In this document: positions 15,240-34,420 of the stretch, piece by piece
How positions within the stretch are numbered: position 1 is the stretch's first letter
Layout: every line of letters begins with the position of its first letter
Assembly: GCF_009914755.1 (NCBI RefSeq)
Contig: NC_060927.1
Source: the human T2T-CHM13v2.0 reference genome, Homo sapiens
Length of the DNA stretch: 64,000 nucleotides
Reading direction: 5' to 3' (one strand)
The notes under the pieces: model-generated
What the model saw: only the letters and a program-made list of their open reading frames with translations
The model's database searches: none
What the model was told of the DNA's origin: nothing
Program-made: the position numbers and the translations under genes

Positions 15240-15590
15240 GTAAATTAATTTTAATTTGTACTTTAAGTTCTAGGGTACATGTGCAGGATGTGCAGGTTTG
15301 TTACATAGGTAAACGTGTGCCATGGTGGTTTGCCGCACCTATCAACCCATCATCTAGGTATTAAGCCTAGCATGCATTAGCTATCTTTCCCAATGCTCTC
15401 CCTCCCCATCACCCCACCCCCCGACAGGCCCCAGTATGTGTTGTTCCCCTCCCTGTGCCCATGTGTTTTCTTGTTCAGCTCCCACTTATAAGTGAGAGCA
15501 TGCGGTGCTTGTTTTTCTACTCCTGCATTAGTTTGCTGAGGATAATGGCTTCCAGTTCCATCCATGTCCCTGCAGAGGACATGATCTCGT
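15240..15590 (-). mobile_element. 5'-truncated L1PA 3' end
   Basis: 'ttaagttctagggtacatgtgcaggatgtgcaggtttgttacataggtaaacgtgtgccatggtggtttgc' is antisense L1PA 3'UTR. Confidence 0.9.
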
Positions 15591-16071
15591 ATGCAAAAGG
15601 GAAGATACTGTTAAAGCATGTTTCTTTTCTTTTTTCTTTGACATTTTAAAAATTAACATGATTTCTGTCTAAATACTGGGTACTCATTATTAGAATAAGA
15701 GGACCTTCCAACAGCTGTGCAGGGGACATTCCATTGACACATTCTTAGTCTTTGACTCTCTTCTGTTAAGAATTCATACAGATTACTACCCTTCCATTCA
15801 AATCCATTTGCTAAATCATACTTTGCCCACCTGATAAGTCAAAGTTTGGAACTGTGTTCTTAAATGAATGAATGAATGAATTAAACATTATTCTTGGTGA
15901 AATTTGGGCAATATCTTTTGCTGTTTCTTAAAAAATGTTCTAGTTTTATCAGCATCTTTGAAAGTCTCAGACTTGAATGTTTCTATGGAAGGAGTTAGCT
16001 GCACCCATATTTCATAAGTTCTTCATAGTTTTAATATCAAATAATGAGGTATTATTGCTAATGTTGTCTGA

Positions 16072-16379
<308 letters not shown>

Positions 16380-16574
16380 ACTATATTACTTTTTTAAAGG
16401 TTTTTTATGCCGGAGATACATATCGGAGTATTTTGGAGTGAAATGATATAATGTCAGGAATTTGCTTGATTACACTCCAGGTTTTCATGTACCGCCCACA
16501 CAGCTAAGAAGCTAGAAAGTAAAAACATGAACTCTGTTGTTTAACCAAGCTCTGATTTCAAGTATTCTTACTTA

Positions 16575-17325
<751 letters not shown>

Positions 17326-18420
17326 TACTGCCAGATACAAGCTCAGAGCTTGAGTCCCCCCCCTTTTTTTTTTGTTCTGGAAAACTGAAAATTATATATT
17401 CTGTAATCTATCATCTTCCAATCCTAAGGCACAATATAATATATAGATTTACATTTCAAAGATTGATTTAAATGGTTACCCATGCTATAAGAATTTCATT
17501 TCTTAAAGTTTTACAAATGTTGCAGTCTATGGTAAAGTCTTGGGTTGCATACATTTGGTACTTTTTATAACTGAGCAAGACTTTGCTGTTGCTGTCTTTG
17601 TCTCTCCTACCTACCCCCACTGCATTTGTTAAAAGCCTTATTACATCACTCACAGGCACAATACAGACACCACTTCAGGGTCAATTTATGAAAATAAGAA
17701 GCAGCTCTCACACAAAATTTACTAAGAAAACTTTTATTTCAAACTAGTTTTCCTGGTACATTGTCATGAAAGTCTTTAGCTGGTTCCTCCCAGACTCCTT
17801 GGTCCCTGGAGTTTTCCTTCTTTGGCAGCTTTACCTTGGCTTGTAAGCTTGTCAATATTCATATCATATCAAATATTTATGCTGTAGAAAAGGAAGTTTC
17901 AAAAATAGGTAATATTATATAATAGCATGCAGTTCTAAGTTAAAATACTAAGCTAAAATGATTACATACATTTAAGGAATAAATACAAAATTTATATTAG
18001 TCTTGGGAACATCCTTAAAATAACTACCATCACTTTTGCCACAAAAAGTTTACTTATCAATAGCAACATCAATATCACCCTTCTGTGGGAACAGATGACC
18101 TGTAAATCCAATCCAATTTGACTTTATATTCTTTGAAATGCAAAATCTACTTTTCCAAAGAAAGAATGTTAGCAATGGGGGATTTATTTCATGGACAGCG
18201 CACCAAAGTCTCTTTTACTAAGAATGTACATGAACACTGATAGGAATAAGGGTAGTGATTATTAGAATTGTATCAATAATGATATTATTGACATTAATAG
18301 GATGTTGTAGGTAAAAATTATATCGGTGGCTAATCAGTTTTTGGTTTTGTTGACAAATGTAGTCCTGATATTGAGAGAAGATTCTGAGAAACTGTTCATG
18401 CTGACTCTCCTTTGTCTGCT

Positions 18421-18443
18421 TCAGAGGTTCTGCTCCATCAGCC
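18421..18443 (-). pseudogene. CPHL1P: Candidate terminal exon (G-LMEQNL-stop)
   Basis: cttcttgcag|GG CTG ATG GAG CAG AAC CTC TGA; phase 1 matches exon 18; minus-strand AATAAA at 18183-18188 and 17733-17738. Confidence 0.5.
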
Positions 18444-19494
18444 CTGCAAGAAGCCCCACAGAGAAAATATTCACATAACTTGAGAGCTGCATGGTATGTT
18501 TTAAATAGTGTACAATATATATGTTCAATAGTTTTCCTAATTTTGAAAGTAATTTAAACTTTACAGAAACCTTGGAAGAAACAGATTACTAGTGAGATTT
18601 ATTATTTCTTAATAAATATCTTCTTATTATTTTCTTAATAAATCTCACGAATAATTTCACTACGTAGAGAGAGTCATCAGTAACATCTCATAAAATTTCT
18701 ATTCAGTCTTCATATACATATTTCAGATACTATTTTGTAGACTGCATTTTTTGCCACCCAATATGATATTATAAGCATTTACTCATTAAAAATTTTAAGA
18801 CATGATTTTTGAAGTTGGATATTTTAGATGATATGTTGCAGTTTTTTACACACATTACAGTATATCATTTGCTTGTTTTCAGTTTTCCATTAGCATAAAA
18901 TAATGTGGTGATACATATTTTTCTGCCTTGTTGATAATTTTCTGAGATCAAATGCCAGGTGGAAATACTGAGTCAAAATATGGGGATCATGATTTAGATT
19001 CCTGCAAGATCTGCAGAACCAATTAACACATCCACCAAAGTATATGCAATGCACCCTATCTCACCACACTGCTATTGATGCTATCATTAAAAATAGATAA
19101 ATATTTGCCAACATATACTCAAAAAGGTATTTTATTGTTGCTTAAATGTGATTTTGAAGTGATTTGATTATTGGCAAGTTTGGATATTTTTATAGGTTCA
19201 AAAGATATTTGTTTTTGATCTTCTATGAATTGTCTGTTTATACCTTATATGTATATCTTATGTGAATCTGGAAATTACATTTAACTCTAGAGTATATTTT
19301 ATCAGATCATGAAAAGTTATCTGAGTTTTACAAAGAAAATAAAACTAGAGTATCTCAGTCATCTCAAAATAGTAATCTTTGAATGAATGAATGGCACATC
19401 ACATTATATGAATGTTCAATGCATTAAATATCCTTACATAAACACTGCATTTGTTTAAATATCACTTCTAATTAATTTAGCCAATGGATCTTAC

Positions 19495-19657
19495 CTTTTC
19501 TTTCAAGTACAGTGTAAGTGCTTTCCATTCCAGCACCAATGTGCTCAAAAACATGGCAATAAAATAACCAGGTTCCAACATCTCTTCGATACATTTTTAC
19601 AGTTCGATAGACCCCAGGAGGAAGGTCATAAACATCAGATTGATACACTCCCTAATT
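19495..19657 (-). pseudogene. CPHL1P: Exon 18 homologue (163 bp), domain 6 copper ligands
   Basis: N*GVYQSDVYDLPPGVYRTVKMYRRDVGTWLFYCHVFEHIGAGMESTYTVLERK; taag| acceptor, G|gtaaga donor; TAG at 19652-19654. Confidence 0.95.
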
Positions 19658-19775
19658 CTTAACAAGGAGATTAAACATCATTACATCGCTTATAAAAGAT
19701 ATCACTTACCACTTGCTATAATTCCCAAATTCTAATATACCTAATTAGGTGACAATTAGAAAGCATTAGGTGCTG

Positions 19776-20177
19776 GGCTGGGCACGGTGGCTTATGTCTG
19801 TAATCTGCTACTTGGGAGGCTGGGGTGGCAGGGGAGGATGACTTGAGCTCAGGAGTTCAAGACCAGCCTGAGCTCCTCATCTCTAAAAAAAAATATATTT
19901 TAAAAATTAGCCAGGCAGTAGTGTGTGCCAGTAGTCCCAGCTACCTGGGAGGCTGAGGTGGAAGGATTGCTTGAGCCCAGTTCAAGGCTGCAGTAAACTG
20001 TGATCATGCCACTGCACTCCAGTATTCCAGCCTGGGTGACAGAGCAAGATCCCATCTGAAAAGGGAAAGGAAAGGGAAGGGGAGGGGAAGGGAGTGGATG
20101 GCAAGAGAAAGGAGGGGAGGGGAGGGGAGGGGAGAGGAGGGAGAAGAAAAGGGAAGGGAAGAGGGAAAGGAAAGGAA
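19776..20177 (+). mobile_element. AluJ-like with (GGGAA/GGGGA)n purine-rich tail
   Basis: Diverged Alu to about 20058, followed by about 120 bp of near-pure purines. Confidence 0.85.
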
Positions 20178-20995
20178 ATCATTAAGCTATTAAAGCTATT
20201 TTGTTCTCTTCTCTGAGTGCACTTGAGGCTTTGGAGGAGAACTAAGACCCAGGACATTCTGGTGTTAGATAGAATGCAAAGAAAATGTTTCACTCTACAA
20301 GGGTACCTGTAGTTTCGTATTGGTGTTAGAAACTTGCCAATGTCTCACACGACCGAGCGCTCTAGATTTCAGAGAACTTCTAGTCTCAAATCCCAAAGGT
20401 TCTAAGTGACATATTTCTAACTTGGGATGTTACGTTGATGTGACATAACATGTTGATGTGAAGGATTGTCATTTCTTGAGATACAGCTAATCAGAAAAAC
20501 TCATTGTTACAGGAAAGAGAAGGGGAGAGGGAGGAGAAGGGAGGAGGAGCTCCCTTGGCATCTGCAGCCAAGTTTGCCTTCTGGAGATTGGGCCTGAGGG
20601 CTGAGGGCTGAGGGCACTTTTTAGCTAATTTCTCTCCTAAGCAGAGAACCCAATGTTTAGGAAACTACCTCTGTAGGCTGCTTAGAATTTTAGATATGAA
20701 GTCCTAGGGCCTAGTCCGGGTGGATTGGAAGAGACTAAAAGGAAGGTGAATTGCTCTACAAAATAAAATAGGAAGTATTTGCAGGATGGTGGTGGGGGTG
20801 GATTGGGGAACTGCAGCTCAAGAGTTCTGAATAATTTCAGGAGAGAAGGGATGTCAGAGAGTCTAGAGAGGAAAAATGTGGAGAAACAAGTCCTGAGGGT
20901 GAGAGTAAAAGGCAAACGAGCTAGAGGCTCTCAGTGATGCATGGTGAAAGGGTAATTGGGGGTGGGACATCTAATGTCAAATGGTAAGTGCTTTC

Positions 20996-21628
20996 TTTTT
21001 TTATTATTATTATTATTATACTTTAAGTTTTAGGGTACATGTGCACATTGTTCAGGTTAGTTACATATGTATACATGTGCCTTGCTGGTGCGCTGCACCC
21101 ACTAACTCGTCATCTAGCATTAGGTATATCTCCCAATGTTATCCCTCCCCCCTCCTCCCACCCCACCACAGTCCCCAGAGTGTGATATTCCCCTTCCTGT
21201 GTCCATGTGATCTCATTGTTCAATTCCCACCTATCAGTGAGAATATGCGGTGTTTGGTTTTTTGTTCTTGCGATAGTTTACTGAGAATGATGCTTTCCAA
21301 TTTCATCCATGTCCCTACAAAGGACATGAACTCATCATTTTTTATGGCTGCATAGTATTCCATGGTGTATATGTGCCACATTTTCTTAATCCAGTCTATC
21401 ATTGTTGGGCATTTGGGTTGTAAACTAGTTCAACCATTGTGGAAGTCAGTGTGGCGATTCCTCAGGGATCTAGAACTAGAAATACCATTTGACCCAGCCA
21501 TCCCATTACTGGGTATATACCCAAAGAACTCTAAATCATGCTGCTATAAAGACACATGCACACGTATGTTTATTGAGGCATTATTCACAATAGCAAAGAC
21601 TTGGAACCAACCCAAATGCCCAACAATG
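20996..21628 (-). mobile_element. Young 5'-inverted (twin-primed) L1PA2-like insertion
   Basis: polyT and antisense L1 3' end to 21420, then a sense ORF2 piece 21419-21628; TSD aatggtaagtgctttc at 20980-20995 and 21625-21640; GAG (not ACA) at the 3'UTR diagnostic site. Confidence 0.93.
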
Positions 21629-22637
21629 GTAAGTGCTTTCATTATGTAGTACTGAAAAAAAAACTTCGTTTATCCCCACTCTTTCACTAAAAGTCTGTAA
21701 CTCACAATGGCCTTGATTTTGTGGTTGCTTAAGAGTACCAAAGGAAATGGGATGTGCTCCATGTTTGGAATTGCACACAGTTATGAAAAAACACCAGCTA
21801 TAGGAGTTGAGAGGCAAGGGAGATGAGCAGAAGCAGGAAGTTAGAGTTGGGGTGAATAGAAGACATTTAAGCTCTCAAGACTCCCTGCAGATATCGGAAG
21901 GCAGACAGGAGGAAGACTGAGCTGTTTCTTACTAGAGACAGAGTTGGAGCTCAAGCCATTGTTATTTAGGAACATTAATTTTACAACTAAAGTGAAAATA
22001 ATACAGATGACATAGGATACAGTTTTTGGACGTCAGAAAAACGTAGAGAACAGCATGAAAAAAATTTAACCACAAATTGACGATGTCCAAAGCACCAGTA
22101 AATGTGGAAAATATACCTAGAGCCCTGGCACCCAGGAAGACTGTAGCTTTAGGGAACAAGCTGTGACTGGCTGGCTTGTCCCAGAACTAGGTTAGTAACC
22201 ACAGAGGGCTGCTTCACTGCCCCCAGGAGTTTCAGGGAGTGAAGCCCAGTGTCTGCATAGATGCTGGTGGGATAACATTCTGCCTCAAGGTGGGAGGCTA
22301 GATATCTCCTGCAATGCGTTTAGAGTGAGTGGTTAAAGCTGAGAGCCGGTGATACTAGGCTCTGTGGTATAAATAGGATTATACTTAAGGGAGGCGGTTT
22401 TGTGAAGCACTAAAGAGTTCAGACTCTAGAGTGAGAGCCAGGGTTTAAATCCAACTTCTATCACTTCCTGCCTGTAGGAAAGTTCCTTATTTTGTTAATG
22501 CTTCATATAATTTCCCTGCAATTATCCCTGAAAAACAGCTCTGATTTCCTTTCAGCTCCATGCAACACTTAGCATGGTTCTAGGCATGTTAGAGGCATTT
22601 GCTGGACTGAACTGTTATATTTGACAACATCAGATAA

Positions 22638-22963
<326 letters not shown>

Positions 22964-23611
22964 CTCTTTTGGCTCAATTTTAAAAGTCTTTAATACAAAC
23001 AGTTATGAAGTGAATAACCCTAATATGTAGGCTTTTGCTTTAAAAAAAATGGGGAGTGTAGATGAAAGTGTAGTGGGGTCACAGTGGTTAGATTTGGGTA
23101 ATAGGGGTTTGTTACATTATTCTGTTTATTATATAAAATTCTCAATAATAAAGAGTTTTTATGCCAAAAAATAAATTTAACAGGAATAAATTTGTTCATT
23201 AAATGGTGGGAAATAAAGCAGCACACCAATAAGGCTCTGTGAAAACCAAGAGGTGCATGCTTATATAATTTATTTCTACAATGGACACTGCATTAAAGAA
23301 GGTATTAACATAATACATCTGGAATTCAGGAAAGCTTTATCTGAAACTTTTATCCATGTGGAAAAGGTGAACTGTACTAATGCCTAGTGGTTGGATTAAA
23401 TGTCTAAGGTGTGAAACACAGAGAATATAATTGATCCTAAATTATACATTAATGTTTATATAAGGAATTAGGATGAAGAAACAAAAAGCTCTTTAAATAA
23501 ACATTAATGAATGATACAAACTTGGAAACTGAAAGAGGAAGGATAAAATTTAAAATACTTATCATAAAGAAATGAGTCAAAAGTGGTCATGATAACAATT
23601 GTAAAGAAGTA

Positions 23612-28460
<4,849 letters not shown>

Positions 28461-29190
28461 ATGAGGATTGGTCACCAGAAAGACCAGGGCAGGATTAGAG
28501 GATTGGGACTTTCAGCCCCATCCCCTAACCTCTGGGGAGGAAAGAGAGGCCGAAGGCTAAGTTGATCACCAATGGCCAATCATCCAATCAATCATGCCTA
28601 TGTAATGAACCCTCCATAAAAACCCAAATGGACAGGATTCAGAGATGCTCCAGATAGCCAAATGTGGTTCCTGGAGGGTAGCTCACCTGGAGAGGGGATG
28701 GAAGCTCCATGTGATTCTCCCATACCTTACCCTAGCATCTCTTCATCTGGTATTCATTAATACACTTTCTAATATCCTTTTTGATAAACCAGTGAATGTA
28801 AGCCAGTGTTTCCCTTCATTCTATAAGTCATTCTAGGGAATTAATTGAATTCAAGGAGGGGGTCATAGGAATCCCAATTTATAGCCTGCTGCACAGAAGC
28901 ATATGAAAACAACCTGGAGTTTGTGATTGGCATTGGAAGTGGGGGGCAGCCTTTTAGAACTGAGCTCTCAACCTGTGGGATCTGACACTGTATCCAGGTA
29001 GATAGTGTCAAAATTGAATTGGAGGACACCTAGCTGGTGTCCAATGCAGAATTGATTGATTGGTTGTGGATAGAGGGAAATCTCCACACATTTATTTGTG
29101 ACCAGAGATCAAAGAAGTCTTCTGTGTAACTGATTGTGAGTGAGAGAACCGGAAAATCACTTTGATATGGTTTTTATTCCTATATTCTCA
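28461..29190 (+). mobile_element. MER21-like LTR fragment
   Basis: 'ggtcaccagaaagacc...gattagaggattgggactttcagcccca' and 'ccaggtagatagtgtcaaaattgaattggaggacacc'. Confidence 0.7.
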
Positions 29191-29194
29191 GAAT

Positions 29195-29830
29195 CACCTT
29201 AATCAAGTTCTCAAACTTAGCCTCAGCAATATGAGGACCTATTGCCATCATGTACCTCTTGATGCAATGTGTGGGGAGCATACAACATCACCTTTGTGGT
29301 GTTCTTGGCAAATTTGTTAAACATGGATCCAATCATGAGGAAACTATCAGGCCAATGCAGAATATGGAACATTCTACAAAACAACTGGCCTGGACCCTTC
29401 AAAAATGAAATGTTATGAGGGAGGAATTTTTTTTAAAGGCAAAGGGATCTCTTCAGATTTTAGGAAAGCTATGGCAATGGCAACCACATGCTATGTATGC
29501 ATCTTGATCAGATCCTAGATTTAAAAAAAAAAACAGCTATAGGGAGCATTTTTAGGACAACTTGGGATATTTGAATGGATTGTACATTAGACTATATTAT
29601 TGAATTAATGTTAATTTGGGGGCGTGATAATTTTATTGTAGTTGGGGTGGAGACTGTCCGTATTCTTAGGGATGTTTCCGTATTTAGGGGTAAAGAGTCA
29701 TAATGTTTGCAATGCACTTTGAATTGCATTCAGAAAAAAACATGGAAGAGAAAGCTAATGTGGCAAAATGCATATGAGCATTCAGAGTATTTTTCTTTAT
29801 GTTACTGAGGGCATGAAAAAATTTTTTTAA
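29195..29830 (+). mobile_element. Ancient L1M 3'-end fragment
   Basis: 'acattctacaaaacaactggcctgga..cttcaaaaa' and 'acatttttaggacaac.tggga.atttgaat'. Confidence 0.6.
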
Positions 29831-30119
29831 GTTGAGATAGAAAGTACAAAACTAGAAATGACTATAAATGTCTTATTTACCTATTAACTAACAATAAATT
29901 AGAGTGAGAAATGCACTTCATTCTTTGGTCGGCATTTATCAAATGTCCACGGGATATAAAGAGCTAAATTATAATTATTTACTTGCACCTGATATATTAT
30001 AGATGATATGGATCAAATTTCTGACTTGGTCATTTTCTTTCCAGCCCTGTTATCTTGCCATGCTACCTGATAACTGGTTTACAAGACATCACAGGATATG
30101 GACTGTAGAAGGCTCTTAC

Positions 30120-30259
30120 CTTGTATTCAAAGCTATGGCCATGAAAGTGAACTGTGTGCAGGTCAGCTTCATTCCCTATGCCAATCAGATACCAATTCAC
30201 TACATCCCCAACATGGAATGTTATACCTTGGTTATTTCCAAACAGTCTTCCGTTAATTG
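30120..30259 (-). pseudogene. CPHL1P: Exon 17 homologue (140 bp)
   Basis: [47 protein letters not shown]; HxxHxH copper motif intact; cag|...AAG|gtaaga. Confidence 0.95.
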
Positions 30260-30599
30260 CTGTGGGAGTCAGGGAAAGGCACAGTTTATTATATTCAACA
30301 AGGATTTAAAATAATGTGGGCTTTTAAAAAATCACCACTTTAAAAAAGTATTATCATCCCTATAGAAAATATCATGGATGTTTTCAGAAGCAGTGGGGAT
30401 TTTAAAGCCAGACTAAGGAAGTTGTTAAATGTGACCAAGCCATCCATTCATGGATGTGTCTAATTCTAAGGAGTTTTTCTTGCCCAAGGAAATGAGGCAC
30501 TGACTTTGTGTTAACACAATCAGGTTGGATTTGACTATTTCACAACTAAGCATACTTATATTGATGAATTGTGTATTTAAAATTATCACAAGAGACTTA

Positions 30600-30749
<150 letters not shown>

Positions 30750-30901
30750 TTAGGAATGTGCATTCTTATTTAACTGCCCTAAGTCAAACCTTTGTGATCT
30801 GCCACTTGTATGTCTGGAATGGCCATTTGTGAGGTCCAGGCCCCCTCTTGTCCTCTACAGGTGTGGTTTCCAAAGGGTAATGTAAATAAAATATGAAGAT
30901 T

Positions 30902-30902
<1 letters not shown>

Positions 30903-30934
<32 letters not shown>

Positions 30935-30966
30935 TACATACACACACACACATACACACACACACA
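30903..30966. repeat. (TA)n(CA)n microsatellite
   Basis: Read directly from the sequence. Confidence 0.95.
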
Positions 30967-31143
30967 TATCCTCTTTTTACTTTGCCGTTTTTGTGCATCT
31001 TTAAAATGTATAAAATGCATTGGTACAGTGGTGCAAGTATATAATCTATAACTATATAACTATATATCTATGGAGGCTGAGTTCTAATGCTTTCAGCTGA
31101 TGGAGGGATGTAATAGAAGAAACTAGAAGACACTGCTCTAGAC

Positions 31144-31590
31144 TAGTGCTTCTCACACTTTAATGTGAATATGGCCTGGGGATTTTGTTAGAATTCAGAT
31201 TCTGACTTAGGTCTTTGAAGCCTGAAATTCTGCATTTCTAACAAGCTCCCAAGTGATGCTGATGCTGCTGGTCCTTGGGCCATACTTGGAGTACAAGTGC
31301 CCAGATGAGTGCCAGAGTTATTCCTAAAATCTATCCCCCCACGCCCTAGCTCAGTGTACTTGGTGCTTTAGTACAGTGGTTCTCTACAGGAGGTGATTTT
31401 GTTCCCCAGGGGTCATTTGGCAATGCCTAGAAATATTTTTGGTTGTCATAACTTGTGGGGAGATGCTACTGGCATCTAGTAGGTGGAGGATATAGATGTC
31501 GACAAACATCTACAATGCACTGGATAGCTCCATACAACAAAGAGTTATCTAACCTAAAAGGTCAGGAAGTTAAGAAACCCTGGTTTAGAT
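31144..31590. mobile_element. MER5A-like (31144-31300) and MER20-like (31374-31585) hAT fossils
   Basis: 'tctgcatttctaacaagctcccaagtgatgctgatgctgctggtcc' and 'ggtgattttgttccccaggggtcatttggcaatg'. Confidence 0.75.
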
Positions 31591-32558
31591 CAAGTCTAAA
31601 TTCTTAACAAGGTGTTTGAGGTCTTCCACAATTCTGTTGGCTCTTTCTTCCCAAGTGCTATGTGACTTAGATCACATTCTTCCATCTACTTGGAGTGTCA
31701 TTTCCCTCCTTTTCTAACTGGACAGACTCCTATGAAACCTTAAAAAATCAACTTGAATGTCTCTTCCCTATCATGAAGCCTTTCCAAATCTTCCAAATAG
31801 GAATTTAAAGCACTGCGCTGTGTTTAAATTTCCGTGACAGCATCCCACCCCGCGTCATCCTCCTTGGATTGCAGCAATGCGCAAGTCTGGCGTCCCTTAG
31901 ACTGTAAACAACATGAGGGCAGATGACCCATATTATGGGCCTTTGTATCTCTTTAGGGCCTCGCAAGGTGCTTTGTGCCCTCTATGACACTTATTAAAAA
32001 GACTATTGGTAAAATGGATGTCACCCTTGAATTAACTTTAAATTTACATATATTTCTAAAAAAGAGAAAAAACAACCTTAGAAGTGGGAGATTACTATAT
32101 TTGAATTTGCCTTAGTTAAGGATCTTTTACCCAGTCATATCTCTGACCCCTCTCAGCTGAGCAGCTTAAGATGAGAAGTTTCCCTGGCTAAGAAAGTAAG
32201 TGAGATTGTTTATGTGCTTTCTATTGGAATAATTGTCTTGTTACTGTGATTCTAGAGTGGGGGAGGTCATCTAGATGTAAATAGATGCACCTAGTCACAG
32301 TCAACCTATAAAATAATTTTGGTTGATGAGCATGAAGTTTTCAAAAGTTCTGCCTGTGAAGGTAATGTGATGGGGAAGTGTGGGTGGGGCCATGTTCACT
32401 TTGGTTTGCCCCAAGCCCCACCTCTGTCTGTGTTCATCCAAGCAAAATACTTAGAAAATTATGGTAGTAAGTTCCTCCTGAAATGACAGCTGATGTTCCT
32501 ATTTTTACATTGTCTACATAGCTCTAGAAAGCATGAGAATTTGCTGTGCTTGCTAAAT

Positions 32559-32882
32559 CAGTAGTCTGTGGCATATGGGCAAGGTCCAGCACACTGCCTC
32601 TGTTACTGCAGCCCATGAGCTAAGAATGGTTTTAAAATTTCTAAATAGTTGAAAAAAAATTTAATAATATTATTTCTTGACATGTTTTATGAGATACAAA
32701 TTTCAGCATCCATAAATGAAGTTTTTGGCTCTCAGCCACTTTCATTTGTTTTCCTATTGTCTGTGACCACTTTCATTCTACAGTGGCAGAGTAGAGTATG
32801 GCTTATGATAGAGACCATGTGGCCTGCAAGCCTAACTTCTTTACTATCTGGCCCTTTGCAGAAAAAATTTGCTGACCCCTGG
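32559..32882 (-). mobile_element. MER58-like hAT fossil
   Basis: Ends 'ttactatctggccctttgcagaaaaaatttgctgacccctg'. Confidence 0.8.
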
Positions 32883-33011
32883 TCTACATGATCCATACCA
32901 GTTATATGTAGTTGAATTCTATAAACAGTGTGGAGCGAGGCCCTTTCATCTGTTTCATTTGTGCAGAGCAACCTGTGGGTTACCATTGGTGAGTCAGTGA
33001 GTGAATGTTAC

Positions 33012-33213
33012 CGTGCATTTGGTTGCTGAGTTGAAAATTATCATTTTCCTTGTCCACTTTGTTTGGTTTTGAAGCATAGGTGTTGATACTGTCTTCGAAG
33101 TACCAGGATTCATTCTCATCAAATATCATGAAGTGGAGAACACGGTGAACTATGTTGGGGTTGATGTCTTTGCGGCATACAGAGAGAGGGCCTACCAGTC
33201 CACTGTGAAGGTC
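33012..33213 (-). pseudogene. CPHL1P: Exon 16 homologue (202 bp)
   Basis: DLHSGLVGPLSVCRKDINPNIVHRVLHFMIFDENESWYFEDSINTYASKPNKVDKENDNFQLSNQMH; cag|...G|gtaac. Confidence 0.95.
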
Positions 33214-33894
33214 CTGAGGAGGCAAAGCAAGATCGTTCACTGTGGCCACAACTAACATTTTCCCCCACAAAATAAAAGAGGTAGAATCCGGTTTTAGTTT
33301 TTAATGAGGTCAAATCCTGAGTTTTTAATTATCAGGATTCTGAGAGTGAAGAACAAAATATTTGACATGCTCAATGTTTGATTGAAGAAAAATTGTAACC
33401 TCATTCATTAGAGTTGAAGTCTAAAGAGAACACCAAACCTCTGAAAGGGATTTTAGATACATTTTTCAGTGGATTTAGCTCTATTTTTGACATTTTAATA
33501 AAAAAAGAATTTTGGTTTTAATTAGAATTCCTGGCATTGAAGTTGGTTGGCAGGAAGTCTAAAGGAGTTAGTCCCTTCACCTTTGTGCTTTTGCCCCTGC
33601 AGCAGCTTTTAGTTGAGAGTCTTGGTTTGTTTGTCTTCATTTTGTTTTTGAATTAAATCTCTGTGTAGATTCTTGTTCCAGGCAGAGTGGGCCAAGATAA
33701 GAGTTCAAATAGAATACTTGCACTGTTTTTTTTTTTTTTTAGTGCAAATAAACTTGAACCCTATAGTTGAGGGTTTTAAATATAAACACACACACACATA
33801 CACCCCCCTACACACACAATATGTATATATATATTTCTTATTAATCATAGAATTATACCATTCTTTATTTATAAGTACTATTGTTACTATTATT

Positions 33895-34080
33895 ATTATT
33901 TAGAGACCAAGTTTTGCTGTGTCACCTAGGCAATGGAGTGACCATAGCTCAGCATAATCTTGAACTCCTGGACTCAAGCAATCCTCCTACCTCAGCCTCC
34001 CGTAGCTAGGACTACAGGCATGTGCCACTGCGCCTGGCTAATTTTAAAATTTTTTGTATAGACATCAGCCACCACATCCA
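33895..34080 (-). mobile_element. Old Alu fragment
   Basis: Antisense right-arm Alu sequence. Confidence 0.8.
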
Positions 34081-34420
34081 ACTGAATTTTAAAATTCTTT
34101 AGTGTATGTTGTTTTCTGTAATTCGAATACTATTCAGTGGAACAAAGTATAGTCTATTATTGTATAATTAGATATATTTTTCAATTCACAGTGAGATTAT
34201 GCAAAGAATTATAAGCCTAAGTAATCATGAGGTAATAGTTTATTTTGCTCTTGAAAAATGCAGACCAATGTAGGAATAAAAGCTGAACAGTAATTAAGTT
34301 ACTTAATAGAAAGTTTACATGGAACTAAGGTTCTTAAGAGCAATGATAAATACCTTCTTCCTTCCGTTATAATTTCTGGGAGGAGATAGGATAAGAACTG
34401 TTATTTGATTTAAAATTTAC

